From a virus (lineage: Duplodnaviria > Caudoviricetes): a stretch of DNA of 58,683 bases. The stretch covers positions 1 through 58,683 of the IMG/VR virus record IMGVR_UViG_3300027754_002641. One strand, written 5' to 3'. The notes below the pieces were generated by a model. That model saw only the letters and a program-made list of their open reading frames with translations. It ran no database searches and had not been told where the DNA came from. Position 1 is the stretch's first letter, and each line of letters starts with the position of its first letter. This document shows positions 37,361-47,329 of the stretch, piece by piece. The translations under genes and the position numbers were made by a program.

Positions 37361-38919
37361 TGCCGGTTAATCAGATGCAGCCGCAGATGTCGCCAGACAT
37401 GCTGATGGCAATGATGACTGATCCAAGAGGCACCCCGCAACAGCGTATGGCAGCGATGAACGCGCTGAACGCAATGCGTGGTGGGGCTAACGCGCCCGTA
37501 CCGCCGCAGATGGAAGGCGGCGCGGCACCACCGCAGATGACCGGAGACAGCACTGGTGTAAGCCAGATGAGTCCTGCATTCATGGCCGCTGTGCGGCAGG
37601 AAATGATGGGGCAAGGGCCGGAAGAGAAGCCTGAGATTAAACAGCGTAAGGCACCGCCGGAAGCGGAGCAGAACCCGACAACCGCAGCCCTGATGTCAGG
37701 TGCCGCCGATGCCGGTAAGGTCGCCGCCATGGCCCGTGGTGGGGCGGTGAGGGGGTATAACGAAGGCGGTCCTCCCGCGAGCGTGTCGGCTTACCTAAAA
37801 CAATTGGTACAACCCCAAAGCGACGACCCCCTTGCGTTTATCAAAATGCAGCTTGGAGAGGGGAATTTTGAAGTCGGTACCGATGGGCGGCTGAGACTGC
37901 CGCCTCAAACGCAGTCGTATCCCAAGCCGGATGTTCCACAGCAATCTTTGATGGCTGGGCCGGACGAGGCACTTGGTAACTCATCCTCCGCACCCATTCC
38001 TCCGCCTTCTGCACCGATTGCTGCGCCCGTTAAGGTGCGCGCTGCTCCGCCAACCGACATCGTACCTCCGCCGCCGCCCAAGCCGGAAGTGCCCGCAGAA
38101 CCGGGGGAAGACAAGGCGGCTCTAAAGGCTCGGATGCAGGCTGAGTCGGACGACTATAAAGAGCGTATTAATAAGTTGATGAGCGACGACCAACCGTTGT
38201 CCAACAGGGACAATGGCATGGCGTTGATGCGGGCTGGCGCTGCCATTATGGCGGGGAAGTCACCGAACGCGATGATGAACATTGGCGAGGGCGTTAAGGC
38301 GGGCGTCGAGGGCTTGAATGAAATGCGCGAGAAGCGCGCCATACATAACATGAAGCAAGCCACATTTATGCAGGCACAGCGCAATGAGCAGCTAACTCAA
38401 GAGGCGCGTAATCGTCAGTTGGATATTTCTGAGGGCGCTTTAGGTGTTGAGAAAAGAGGCATTGCTCTTAAAGAGCAAGAGAATGACCCGACCTCTCCAA
38501 TGGGCAAAGCTAAGTTAGACAATGCAATAGCAATGACTGATTATTACAAAGCCGTAGCCATTAAGTCTGCGCGTCCAGAAAAAGCGTCTGAAGCTGTAGA
38601 TAAATTTAAATTGCTTACGGGACCAGGCGGCATGAAGCCTGAAGACGCCGCTCTTGTGATAGCCGGTCAGACTCCAAAAGGCATGAGTGAAGATCAAAAG
38701 AAATCCATTGCTTTGAAGCAAGCTATGGACGCACACAAAGAGTTTTTGGCCAGCCCAATGGCCGCTACTCTAAAAGCAAAAGACGTAACCGAAAGAGCAG
38801 AGAAAATCTATAGAGACAGCTATTTAAGGGCGTTAAATCTTCTCAACGAAGATGTTACGGATGGAAAGGCCGGAGGCACACTGCCGCCGCCCAAGTCGTT
38901 GTCTGAGTTTGGTAAATAG
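37360..38919 (+). CDS. Internal virion/ejection protein 3
   Basis: Pro/Met/Gln-rich N-terminus, MARGG/YNEGG, ALMRAGAAIMAG segment. Confidence 0.7.
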   Translation: MPVNQMQPQMSPDMLMAMMTDPRGTPQQRMAAMNALNAMRGGANAPVPPQMEGGAAPPQMTGDSTGVSQMSPAFMAAVRQEMMGQGPEEKPEIKQRKAPPEAEQNPTTAALMSGAADAGKVAAMARGGAVRGYNEGGPPASVSAYLKQLVQPQSDDPLAFIKMQLGEGNFEVGTDGRLRLPPQTQSYPKPDVPQQSLMAGPDEALGNSSSAPIPPPSAPIAAPVKVRAAPPTDIVPPPPPKPEVPAEPGEDKAALKARMQAESDDYKERINKLMSDDQPLSNRDNGMALMRAGAAIMAGKSPNAMMNIGEGVKAGVEGLNEMREKRAIHNMKQATFMQAQRNEQLTQEARNRQLDISEGALGVEKRGIALKEQENDPTSPMGKAKLDNAIAMTDYYKAVAIKSARPEKASEAVDKFKLLTGPGGMKPEDAALVIAGQTPKGMSEDQKKSIALKQAMDAHKEFLASPMAATLKAKDVTERAEKIYRDSYLRALNLLNEDVTDGKAGGTLPPPKSLSEFGK

Positions 38920-38921
38920 AA

Positions 38922-41900
38922 ATGCCGCCGTTTGATGTATCTGGTGCAAAAGCCGCTGGGTATAGCGATGATGAAATCATCGGCCACCTTGTCAAGACTC
39001 GCAAATTTGATGCCGAGGGCGCAAAGAAAGCTGGATATTCCAGCCAAGAAATACTCAATCATTTACTAACCATACCAACTGAGCCTGAAATTGGCACCGG
39101 ACAAGGGCGCGTCAGTAAATCACTAGAGCGCGGGTATGAGGGCTTAAAGTCTACAGGCTATGGCCTTGCTGCGTTGGGGGCCGATGTCGTTGGTGCCGAA
39201 GATTTCGGCACATCAATGATTGAGAAGTACAAACAAACAGAAGCCAACGCCCAGGCACTGGCCTCTGATGTCCCGACATACAAAGACATCCACAGTTTTG
39301 GTGACGCCGGTAAATACGCAGTCGATAATCTATTTGAAAACCTGCCAATGCTTATACCGTCACTTGTCAGCGGCGGCGTCGGCGCTGCCGTGGCGCGTAA
39401 GGGCGCTGAAAAATTAGTAGCCGGTATGGTTGCTAAGAAAATGGGTGAGGGATTAAGCAAAGAGGCCGCAGAAAAAGCGGCTGCGTCTATGGTTGCGAAG
39501 CGCGTAGCTGTTGGCTCTGCCGCTGGCGCATATGTTCCGTCAGCCGGTATGGAAATCGGTTCTATCTATAATGACATCGTAGACGAAACTGGGGAGCGCG
39601 GCGGCAAGGGTGTGGCTGCTGCGGTAGCTGGTGGGTTGGTTGCCGGTGCCCTTGATGTTGTTGCTGAAGTGCCAATCTTGGGGAAGATGTTTGGCGAAAG
39701 CTCCAAGATCATTGCCGGTGGCCTTATCAAAAGGCTCGGTGTAACAGGCGCTAAACAGTTCCTGCTTGAGGGCGGCACTGAAGGTCTTCAAACAGTTGTC
39801 GAGCAATTGTCTGCCCAAGCTGGCGGATCAAACAAGGCGCTCGACTGGGATGAAGTTATAGACGCTACCTTAAAGGGCGGGATATTTGGCGTTGGAATTG
39901 GTTCCGGCACCGAGTTGCTGTTTGGTCATGGCGCAAAGCAGACCACAGATAATAACCCCCCCGGCCCGCTCGGTTCTAACATTGGCGAAGACATTGCAGA
40001 CCCGACAAAGATCGGCTTCAAGCCTGTTGGCACTACGATCGGGATTAAGGACGACCAGGGTAGTGTAAGGGTCGCCACCATCGACAGCGTTAAGGACGTT
40101 GGCGGTGTGCCCTTTGCTCAATTCACTTACCATGATGATACAAACCCCGCGCTTCCCGCTGAGAGCGGCAACGCCAGGGTCGAAGACCTTCTGCCTAGCA
40201 TGGTCGATACGAATATCGCCCCGCTGAAGCCGCAGACTGACGTGAATGCGGAAGCACCGCCGGTTGACCTTGAGCAGATGGACGTTGAGCGTACCTCAGA
40301 GAGACAGGTAGAACGCCAGAAGCCCAAGCCCGTAGACACGGCGACGACTCTGCCTATTACGGGGCTGGATAACGTAGCTCCGTTGAGGGAAAACGCTGAC
40401 AAAAACGAGATGGACGCTCTGAGAATTATAGGGCGCTCCGGCAAAGACATAACGCCGCAAAATCAAAAGCTGGTCGATAACCTCAAAGCCCTGGCTGCTC
40501 AACAGCGCGAGCAAGCGCGGCTGCTTGAGGAGAAGTACGGACACCAGCCGGTAGATACCACGGGTGTGCCCGCCGCCGTGCGGCCCGTAGCGCCGGTTAC
40601 AGCGCCAACCGATTTGCTGCAAACGGAAGCGAACAAAGGCCAGGGCGCTCCTGACGTTACGGTCCCTGGCAGAACGTATGAAAAGCACGGGAAGCTGCCC
40701 CCCCTTGGCCCGATCCCGTTATCTACCTCGCCAATCACGCTGCATAAATACATACGTGAGCAAGGCGGCATCAGCCCCGACAGCCCGAACATCGATGACA
40801 TTGGCGGCGCGGCGCTACTTAAAAGGCTCGGGCTTCTTGCGCCAAAGGGAAGCGGCATAACGGTTTACGAAGCCACCAGCCGGGCGGAGCAAGAAGGCTA
40901 CCTCGGTCCAGTAAAAGAGATCGGCGAGAATGAAGCCTACACTAAGCAAGATATAAACGCGCTTGCTGCTGTTTTGCCTAATGCAAGGCAAACAATCAGC
41001 AATATGTACTCGCAAGAAGGCGCTATTAATGCAAGAGCGGCGGAGATGGACCGTCGCAAAACCATGAAAGACATTTTTGGGGTCGAAGGTTCTAAAAACC
41101 GCGCAGATACCATTCAGTACCGTGAGGCCCTGCATACGGACTTTGGTATTCCTATTACTGAAACCAAAAAACTAAACGACTCTCAAGTTAAAGAGAGACA
41201 TGAGCAGCTATGGCGTGAGAGGGAAGTAGCTAGGCAGCTAGATGAATCTCAGCGCGCTAGAAAGTTGGAAGAAGAGCGCCGTGCTGCTGAGAACGCACGT
41301 TCCGAAAAGCCGAATACGGAAACCGACGATACGCTCACTGATGAGCAGATCGCAGCCAGCCCTAATGGGACTGATGTGCTGGATATTGGGTCGGGAGCGG
41401 CTAAAGAATCTGCGACAAGAATTGGTAAAGTTGAGGATGTAAATCCTAATGATTTGGTTTTTTTAGAAAACGAACAAAATAATACAGAAGATATTAAAAA
41501 AATGTTCCCAAAGGGGGAGGGTTATTATCCGATTGTCTTAAAGGAAGATGAAGACGGGAGCCTTTCAATTTTAGACGGCCATAACCGCGCAGCGGTAGCG
41601 ATTGAACGTGGAGACAATATACCATCTGTCAGGATCACACAGAAAGAGTACGACTTTCTTAAATCAAAAGGATTTGACGACCAGGAGATTAGCTACGCTG
41701 CGCTGACCGACGCTAGACAAGACGACGCCGCCAGTGGCATCGCACAAAAGTTTCGGGGTGCTGATGTCCACGGGCCGGGGGGGGAAGCTGCTAATTTGTT
41801 AGACGACCTAAGATTGATGGAGAAGCTGCCCAAGCAGAAGCGTTTTGCAGAGCCTATAAGGGCTCCAGAAGAGCCTGGGCAAATGACCCTTGAAGAGCAA

Positions 41901-44900
41901 CATGCTGAAGCCAACAGGCTGTTCAACGATCTGCAATCCCAAATCCCGCAGGACAGGTCTGCGGCTCGCCGTGACGGTGGTGAAGATGCCGCTCATCAGT
42001 ACAGCACACCAGCGAATAACGATCGCAAGCGTGTAGGTAACGTCCGTGAGCTTATTGCAAAACGAGTGCTTCCCTATGTCGGGACGACGTTCGATCGCGC
42101 GCAGCGCGCTGTGCTAAATAAGATTGACGCCTGGGTGTCGCGCGTTGTGCCGGATGTGCCCGTGTATGTCGTGTCGAAGGCTATCGCCAAGCAGCATCTG
42201 GGGAACGTCGGAGGCGGTTGGTATGATCCAGTAGAACACGCGATATATTTGGTTCGCGGAAATTACGATTCCAAGACGCTGTTGCATGAAGCCGTTCATG
42301 CCGCGCTGGTGCGCGAGCTACATAATAATCCTGCGCTCTTCAATTACACCGAACGTCTGCGCCAGTTTGTAGAGTCGAGCGACACGAACAAAGATTTCTA
42401 TGGGCTAAAGGATGTCCATGAATTTCTGGCAGAAGCAATGTCTAACCGGAAATTTCAGAAATACTTGGCAGAAATGCCTGCGCCGAAATGGGCTATCACA
42501 AATTTGATGACGCCAGGCGTAAGCGGCGAGCACCGCTCTATGTGGGATGCGCTGGTCGGTGCTGTCGCGAAGTTCGTGCGAAACCTGCAATCTGGCGGCG
42601 GTGACATCCACAGTGTCCTAGATGCGGTCATGCGTGTTCCTGAAGCCATCGACGCCATTGTTGAAGGCAGAAACGAATACGGCGAGATGATTGATGGTCG
42701 GCAGATATTGGCAGAGCGACCGTCAGGAGTTGAAGACCCGTTCCGTGATCTTGGTGCAGGAGAATACGAACGTGCCGTTGCGAGCGGCGCTCTGGCTGAC
42801 GCGAAGGCACCCCTTGCCGATCGTCGCACAGGAACGCTCCGCAACAAAGACGGCTCAGAAAAAACGACAGCACAGGTCAGCAACACGGTTAACCGGGTCA
42901 ACCGGATAACGGGTGGGAAGCCGAAGTTGGCGTCTGAGACAATCTCCCGGCCCGCACTGTGGTTCGCCATGATGCAGGGAGTGGGTCGCAAGTTCCCGGT
43001 GATTGCTGAGTTTCAGCACTGGCTACAGTCTGAAGCGGAGAGAGAAACGGTTCTCGTTAAGGAAGGCGAGAAGACGATCGAGCGTATGACTCAGCTAGAT
43101 TACAAGCCTCGCAAGATGATCGAGGCTGTGATGGAGTTTGCGCGTCTTACCAACACCAACGTTGTCCCCAGAAATGGGCGCATTACCGTTGTTATGCCGG
43201 AGAACTATCAAGGTTCGCTCGGTCGCCCCGGCGAAGTCTTCATGCTTGATAAGAACCAATCTGAAATCTTCATGGGGATGAAGGACTACTTCAAAAAACG
43301 TTGGGAGGATCACGGCAAAGCCATCGCTAAAAATCTGGAGTACGAGGGCGCGTGGAACGCTGGCGCGATCCAATCCGCGCTGTCAGAAGCTCAAGCGCAG
43401 GGCAACAACCAGCGCGCTAAAAAACTAGAGTTCGTTAACGCCATCTTTGAAGACGCCAAAAGGCGCGAGAACTACGTGCCGTTTAGCCGGTCGGGTGACG
43501 AGGGCTTTAAGGTTAAAGACACGACAACCGGCAAAGTTGAATACTTTGAAATGGTTAACACAAAGAATGTGTGGGGTGGACTCACAGGTTCTAACGTTAA
43601 GAAGAACGAAGTCATCACGAATAAGTTCAAGGAACTCAGAAAAAAGTTTCCTGACGACAAACGCTACGATATTACAAACGATCCAATCGTATCAAAAGAC
43701 ATTGAGGAGCTTGACGTTTCTCTCATCGAGAAGCTGTTAGCGGCTACGAATATTGCGGACAAGAAAGACCGCAATAGCGCGATGAACAATATTCTGAACG
43801 CGCTCAAGGGCGTTGGATTGGGGGCGAAAGACGTTAAGAACGCTATGCGAGAAACCTTCATTGACCAAGTTAATAAGGCGCAGCGCGCCGGGTTCACTAA
43901 GGAATCTCACAACACTCCTGGGTATTCGACAGACTTCCTGCAATCAATCATTGATTACAACCGCGCATCTGCAAGCGTTGTGTCAGGCGTTGAACATTCC
44001 AGAGTAAAGAAAGATGCCTACAATCGCACACAGGATGCTCTCAATGTTCCTGAAAACATCAGGAACTATGCAAATCGCATCAACAATTATCTCGACAGCG
44101 ACGAGAAGTTGATCGGGCAACTAAAGCAATACGGATTCTGGTCTAGCCTGTGGGGGTCCGCGTCTTCGGCGCTTGTGAACCTTACGCAAACACCGACCGT
44201 CACAGCGGCGCAGATCGCTGGCTGGGCTGGGGTGCCCGCCGCTGGACGAGTGATGAGGCTTTCGTTGGGTGTGGCGCGGGCTTTGTCGTTTGATAAACGC
44301 AAAGGCATTTACCTCAACCCGAATAAAATTAAGTTCAACAGCCCGCAAGAGCGGGTCGCGTTTATGGACGCGCATAACAGAGGGCGCATCAACCCCACTG
44401 TTACACAAGACCTACACGGCTCGTCACCTGATAACTGGCAGGAGGTGACTAAGAAGATCGGCAACGACGCATCTTCCAAAATACAAAAAGTTCTTTGGAA
44501 TATATTCGACGTTGGAACGTCGGCGTTTAACGGCGCTGAACAGGTAAACCGTGCGACCGCATGGCTGGCTGCGTATAGAGAAGCGCAAGCGCCGGGTGCA
44601 ATAGCTAAGTTTAAGAAGATGTACGCCAATGATGCGCGGGTTGCTCTTATAGAAAAGCAATCCGGCTTAACGCCCGCCGCTATTGCTGACTTCTTTGTGA
44701 ACGAAACCCAGTTCATTGGCGGCAAGATCGACCGGCCAGAAGTCCTGCGCGGTGTCGGCGGTATTGCGTTCCAGTTCAAGCAATACCCGATGAACTATCT
44801 GCGTATTCTCAAAAGCAACATGACCAGCGCGGGACCGGAAGGCAAGGTTGCTGGGACTATGATGCTGATGGCGCTTGTCGCATTTGGTGGCGCATTTGGC

Positions 44901-45737
44901 CTGCCGTTTGCCGACGATCTTGTTGATGCTTACGAATTTGCAATGAAGCATTTGACCGGCATCGACCCGATGATCGAGTACGAAATCCGCCATACGCTTG
45001 AAGGAATCGGCATGAGTCCGGCATGGGCTGAAGCCATGACGCGCGGGCCTGCTAGGTTCATGGGCATTGATGTGTCGAAGCGTATCGGGCAGGGGCAGAT
45101 ACTGCCTGATGCAAACCCGATTATGAACATACCTATTCTGTCTGCGACAGTCGGAAAGGCTATGGCGGCTTACAAAAGATTTGATTCAGGTCAGCCGATG
45201 GGCGGAGCGATCGACTTGGCTTCAATCGTCATTCCAAAAGGACCGTCTGATATGTTGCGCGGTCTATTTCAATTGCCTTCGGAAGGATACCGCACCCAAG
45301 GCGGTGACATGAAAGTCGCAGAGCCTAACATTGGGCAGCGTGTCGCCAAGACTGCTGGGTTCCAGCCGACTAAATTCGCGTCTGAACAAGAGCGCGACTA
45401 TTTTGCACGGCGCTTGAAGTACAGGACGAAAGAGGCGGAGGACAATTTAAGCACAGAGCTATCCTCTAACCTTATGAACATCATGCTCGCCAGAGAAAAG
45501 GGTGATGAACAGAAGGCTGAAAAGCTGACAAAGAATTTTGCGGACAGATACCAGAGGGCGGCTGCTAACTTCGCTAACCCGAGTGTCCCGCTGGATGAAA
45601 AGGTTCAGCTACCGTCAGCCACTTCTATAAAGAACCGCGCCGTGTTGATGATGCACCCAGAACTTATCGTTAAGAACGCCAGGAAACTAAAGCGGCCAGC
45701 TTTGTACGATTTGTACAACCCTAAAGAAGAGGATTAA
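38922..45737 (+). CDS. Large polyvalent internal virion protein (ParB-like, zincin HExxH, PLxRFG-like domains)
   Basis: 2271 aa; ILDGHNR, LLHEAVH...HEFLAE, YVPFSRSG. Confidence 0.8.
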   Translation: MPPFDVSGAKAAGYSDDEIIGHLVKTRKFDAEGAKKAGYSSQEILNHLLTIPTEPEIGTGQGRVSKSLERGYEGLKSTGYGLAALGADVVGAEDFGTSMIEKYKQTEANAQALASDVPTYKDIHSFGDAGKYAVDNLFENLPMLIPSLVSGGVGAAVARKGAEKLVAGMVAKKMGEGLSKEAAEKAAASMVAKRVAVGSAAGAYVPSAGMEIGSIYNDIVDETGERGGKGVAAAVAGGLVAGALDVVAEVPILGKMFGESSKIIAGGLIKRLGVTGAKQFLLEGGTEGLQTVVEQLSAQAGGSNKALDWDEVIDATLKGGIFGVGIGSGTELLFGHGAKQTTDNNPPGPLGSNIGEDIADPTKIGFKPVGTTIGIKDDQGSVRVATIDSVKDVGGVPFAQFTYHDDTNPALPAESGNARVEDLLPSMVDTNIAPLKPQTDVNAEAPPVDLEQMDVERTSERQVERQKPKPVDTATTLPITGLDNVAPLRENADKNEMDALRIIGRSGKDITPQNQKLVDNLKALAAQQREQARLLEEKYGHQPVDTTGVPAAVRPVAPVTAPTDLLQTEANKGQGAPDVTVPGRTYEKHGKLPPLGPIPLSTSPITLHKYIREQGGISPDSPNIDDIGGAALLKRLGLLAPKGSGITVYEATSRAEQEGYLGPVKEIGENEAYTKQDINALAAVLPNARQTISNMYSQEGAINARAAEMDRRKTMKDIFGVEGSKNRADTIQYREALHTDFGIPITETKKLNDSQVKERHEQLWREREVARQLDESQRARKLEEERRAAENARSEKPNTETDDTLTDEQIAASPNGTDVLDIGSGAAKESATRIGKVEDVNPNDLVFLENEQNNTEDIKKMFPKGEGYYPIVLKEDEDGSLSILDGHNRAAVAIERGDNIPSVRITQKEYDFLKSKGFDDQEISYAALTDARQDDAASGIAQKFRGADVHGPGGEAANLLDDLRLMEKLPKQKRFAEPIRAPEEPGQMTLEEQHAEANRLFNDLQSQIPQDRSAARRDGGEDAAHQYSTPANNDRKRVGNVRELIAKRVLPYVGTTFDRAQRAVLNKIDAWVSRVVPDVPVYVVSKAIAKQHLGNVGGGWYDPVEHAIYLVRGNYDSKTLLHEAVHAALVRELHNNPALFNYTERLRQFVESSDTNKDFYGLKDVHEFLAEAMSNRKFQKYLAEMPAPKWAITNLMTPGVSGEHRSMWDALVGAVAKFVRNLQSGGGDIHSVLDAVMRVPEAIDAIVEGRNEYGEMIDGRQILAERPSGVEDPFRDLGAGEYERAVASGALADAKAPLADRRTGTLRNKDGSEKTTAQVSNTVNRVNRITGGKPKLASETISRPALWFAMMQGVGRKFPVIAEFQHWLQSEAERETVLVKEGEKTIERMTQLDYKPRKMIEAVMEFARLTNTNVVPRNGRITVVMPENYQGSLGRPGEVFMLDKNQSEIFMGMKDYFKKRWEDHGKAIAKNLEYEGAWNAGAIQSALSEAQAQGNNQRAKKLEFVNAIFEDAKRRENYVPFSRSGDEGFKVKDTTTGKVEYFEMVNTKNVWGGLTGSNVKKNEVITNKFKELRKKFPDDKRYDITNDPIVSKDIEELDVSLIEKLLAATNIADKKDRNSAMNNILNALKGVGLGAKDVKNAMRETFIDQVNKAQRAGFTKESHNTPGYSTDFLQSIIDYNRASASVVSGVEHSRVKKDAYNRTQDALNVPENIRNYANRINNYLDSDEKLIGQLKQYGFWSSLWGSASSALVNLTQTPTVTAAQIAGWAGVPAAGRVMRLSLGVARALSFDKRKGIYLNPNKIKFNSPQERVAFMDAHNRGRINPTVTQDLHGSSPDNWQEVTKKIGNDASSKIQKVLWNIFDVGTSAFNGAEQVNRATAWLAAYREAQAPGAIAKFKKMYANDARVALIEKQSGLTPAAIADFFVNETQFIGGKIDRPEVLRGVGGIAFQFKQYPMNYLRILKSNMTSAGPEGKVAGTMMLMALVAFGGAFGLPFADDLVDAYEFAMKHLTGIDPMIEYEIRHTLEGIGMSPAWAEAMTRGPARFMGIDVSKRIGQGQILPDANPIMNIPILSATVGKAMAAYKRFDSGQPMGGAIDLASIVIPKGPSDMLRGLFQLPSEGYRTQGGDMKVAEPNIGQRVAKTAGFQPTKFASEQERDYFARRLKYRTKEAEDNLSTELSSNLMNIMLAREKGDEQKAEKLTKNFADRYQRAAANFANPSVPLDEKVQLPSATSIKNRAVLMMHPELIVKNARKLKRPALYDLYNPKEED

Positions 45738-45740
45738 GTT

Positions 45741-46001
45741 GTGATGACCGAGAAGCGCCCCTTCAAGGAAGCCTTAATGAACGGGCCGGGTACGGTCATT
45801 TCCCGGCTTTTCGTCATTATCGGCATCCCGGCTTGTATCGGGATGGGGGCGTGGATCGGCAACCGGCTCGTCGGGCAACTCGACCATATGGCTACTCTGA
45901 TGGCTACCCAGCATGAAGATACCGTGAAGTCCATCAACGTGCTGGATATCCGCCTTTCCGTGACTGAACGCGACATTAAGTACCTTGGCGAGCGGCGATG
46001 A
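45741..46001 (+). CDS. Membrane protein, possible holin/antiholin
   Basis: One TM segment plus coiled coil, immediately before the endolysin. Confidence 0.55.
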   Translation: MMTEKRPFKEALMNGPGTVISRLFVIIGIPACIGMGAWIGNRLVGQLDHMATLMATQHEDTVKSINVLDIRLSVTERDIKYLGERR

Positions 46002-46399
46002 GCCTGCGCGACGATCTGATTGCCGAAGAGGGCATACGGCTCAAGCCGTACCTGTGCCCCGCCGGGAAGACTACAATCGGTGTTGGTCGCAATCTCGATG
46101 ACGTTGGCATTACTGAATCTGAAGCTATGGCTATGCTGGATAACGACATCAGCCGGGTTAACGCCCAACTTGCCAAGGCGCTCCCCTGGCTGGGTAGCGC
46201 CCCTCCTGGCGTCCAGCGGGCCGTGGGTAACATGACCTTCCAGATGGGCCTGGGGGCGCTCCTGAAGTTCCAGAAGATGCTGGCTGCATTGCAGGGGCGG
46301 AATTACAATACGGCACGTAGAGAGGCCCTGGACAGCGCCTGGGCCAAGCAGACTCCGCAGCGGGCGAACCGCGTCGTTTTACTCTTTACAGAACAATAG
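45998..46399 (+). CDS. Endolysin, T4-type lysozyme (GH24)
   Basis: EEGIRLKPYLCPAGKTTIGVGRN, NMTFQMG, SAWAKQTPQRA. Confidence 0.9.
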   Translation: MSLRDDLIAEEGIRLKPYLCPAGKTTIGVGRNLDDVGITESEAMAMLDNDISRVNAQLAKALPWLGSAPPGVQRAVGNMTFQMGLGALLKFQKMLAALQGRNYNTARREALDSAWAKQTPQRANRVVLLFTEQ

Positions 46400-46408
46400 G
46401 AGCTAACC

Positions 46409-46588
46409 ATGGATACCAAGTCGATTCTCTTTTCCAAGACGATCTGGACAAATATCGTCGCAGTCGGCGCATCCTTCGCGGCCAGCAAACTGGGCGTTGA
46501 GATTGACGCTGGAACGCAGATCGCCATCCTTGGCGTTCTCAATCTCATCCTCCGTGTTGTGACCAAGCAGCCGGTTGCCTTTTCGTGA
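46409..46588 (+). CDS. Probable holin, 59 aa (not in ORF track)
   Basis: MDTKSILFSKTIW...two TM segments...LRVVTKQPV; AGGAG RBS. Confidence 0.65.
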   Translation: MDTKSILFSKTIWTNIVAVGASFAASKLGVEIDAGTQIAILGVLNLILRVVTKQPVAFS

Positions 46589-46794
46589 TCTGGGCAATAC
46601 TTGCCTTCGCCGCGATCGGCTTTATCACTTGGGTTTTGATCCAGTGGAAAGCCGGTGCGGTTGCGGGCGAGCAGGTGAAGAAGGCGACCCAAGATGTTGA
46701 AGCCGCAGCGCGCATCGGTCAAATCCTCGTTGATAGCCCTCACGATAAGCGTTCTGTTGTTGAGCGGCTGTCAGACCCGAAGCGGCAACTGTGA
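46585..46794 (+). CDS. i-spanin (Rz-like)
   Basis: N-terminal TM helix; overlapped by a lipoprotein gene. Confidence 0.65.
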   Translation: MIWAILAFAAIGFITWVLIQWKAGAVAGEQVKKATQDVEAAARIGQILVDSPHDKRSVVERLSDPKRQL

Positions 46795-46972
46795 CCTGAT
46801 TCCGATCGCGTCATACGACCAAGCGTTTAAGGAGAAACTAAATGGCGAAGTTTCAATCATGGCTGACGACAGCGCGAGCGTCCGGTTTATTGGTGACAGT
46901 ATTGGCTTACGCGATGCTGTGCGGGCCTGCCAGGGCAACGCCCCCGGCGCAGGCTCTGTTCGGCACAATTAA
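46694..46972 (+). CDS. o-spanin (Rz1-like lipoprotein)
   Basis: Lipobox LLLSGC; overlaps the i-spanin in another frame. Confidence 0.7.
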   Translation: MLKPQRASVKSSLIALTISVLLLSGCQTRSGNCDLIPIASYDQAFKEKLNGEVSIMADDSASVRFIGDSIGLRDAVRACQGNAPGAGSVRHN

Positions 46973-46984
46973 CGGCCAGGTACG

Positions 46985-47329
46985 TTAGTACGGTATTTCC
47001 TCCAGCCTCATAGCCTTAGTGGCTAGGTTATCCATGCCTTCGACGTAGCCTGTCACGATCACTTCAATAAGATCGGACCACTCTTGCTTATTGAACTCGG
47101 CCATGTCGGTCTTCTTCAACCATTCCAGATACTCGCCAGCTTTTTGGCTGGCGATTTCCATAGCCTTCTTCTCATTCTTGGTCGGGTCAATCATCCGGCT
47201 CTCCATACATTTCATTGAGCAAAAGTGCAGCACCGGGCCGGGGAGATTGATGGCCTTCGGGTTAAACCGAAAGCCGCGTCTCTCCCTCCGGCATACGTAG
47301 CACATCAAATTCAAAACTGGTAATTTCAT
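46985..47329 (-). CDS. DUF6511-like protein
   Basis: CxxC...FCS Zn motif; AGEYL...KTDMA...EW...IVTGY. Confidence 0.65.
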   Translation of the reverse strand: MKLPVLNLMCYVCRRERRGFRFNPKAINLPGPVLHFCSMKCMESRMIDPTKNEKKAMEIASQKAGEYLEWLKKTDMAEFNKQEWSDLIEVIVTGYVEGMDNLATKAMRLEEIPY

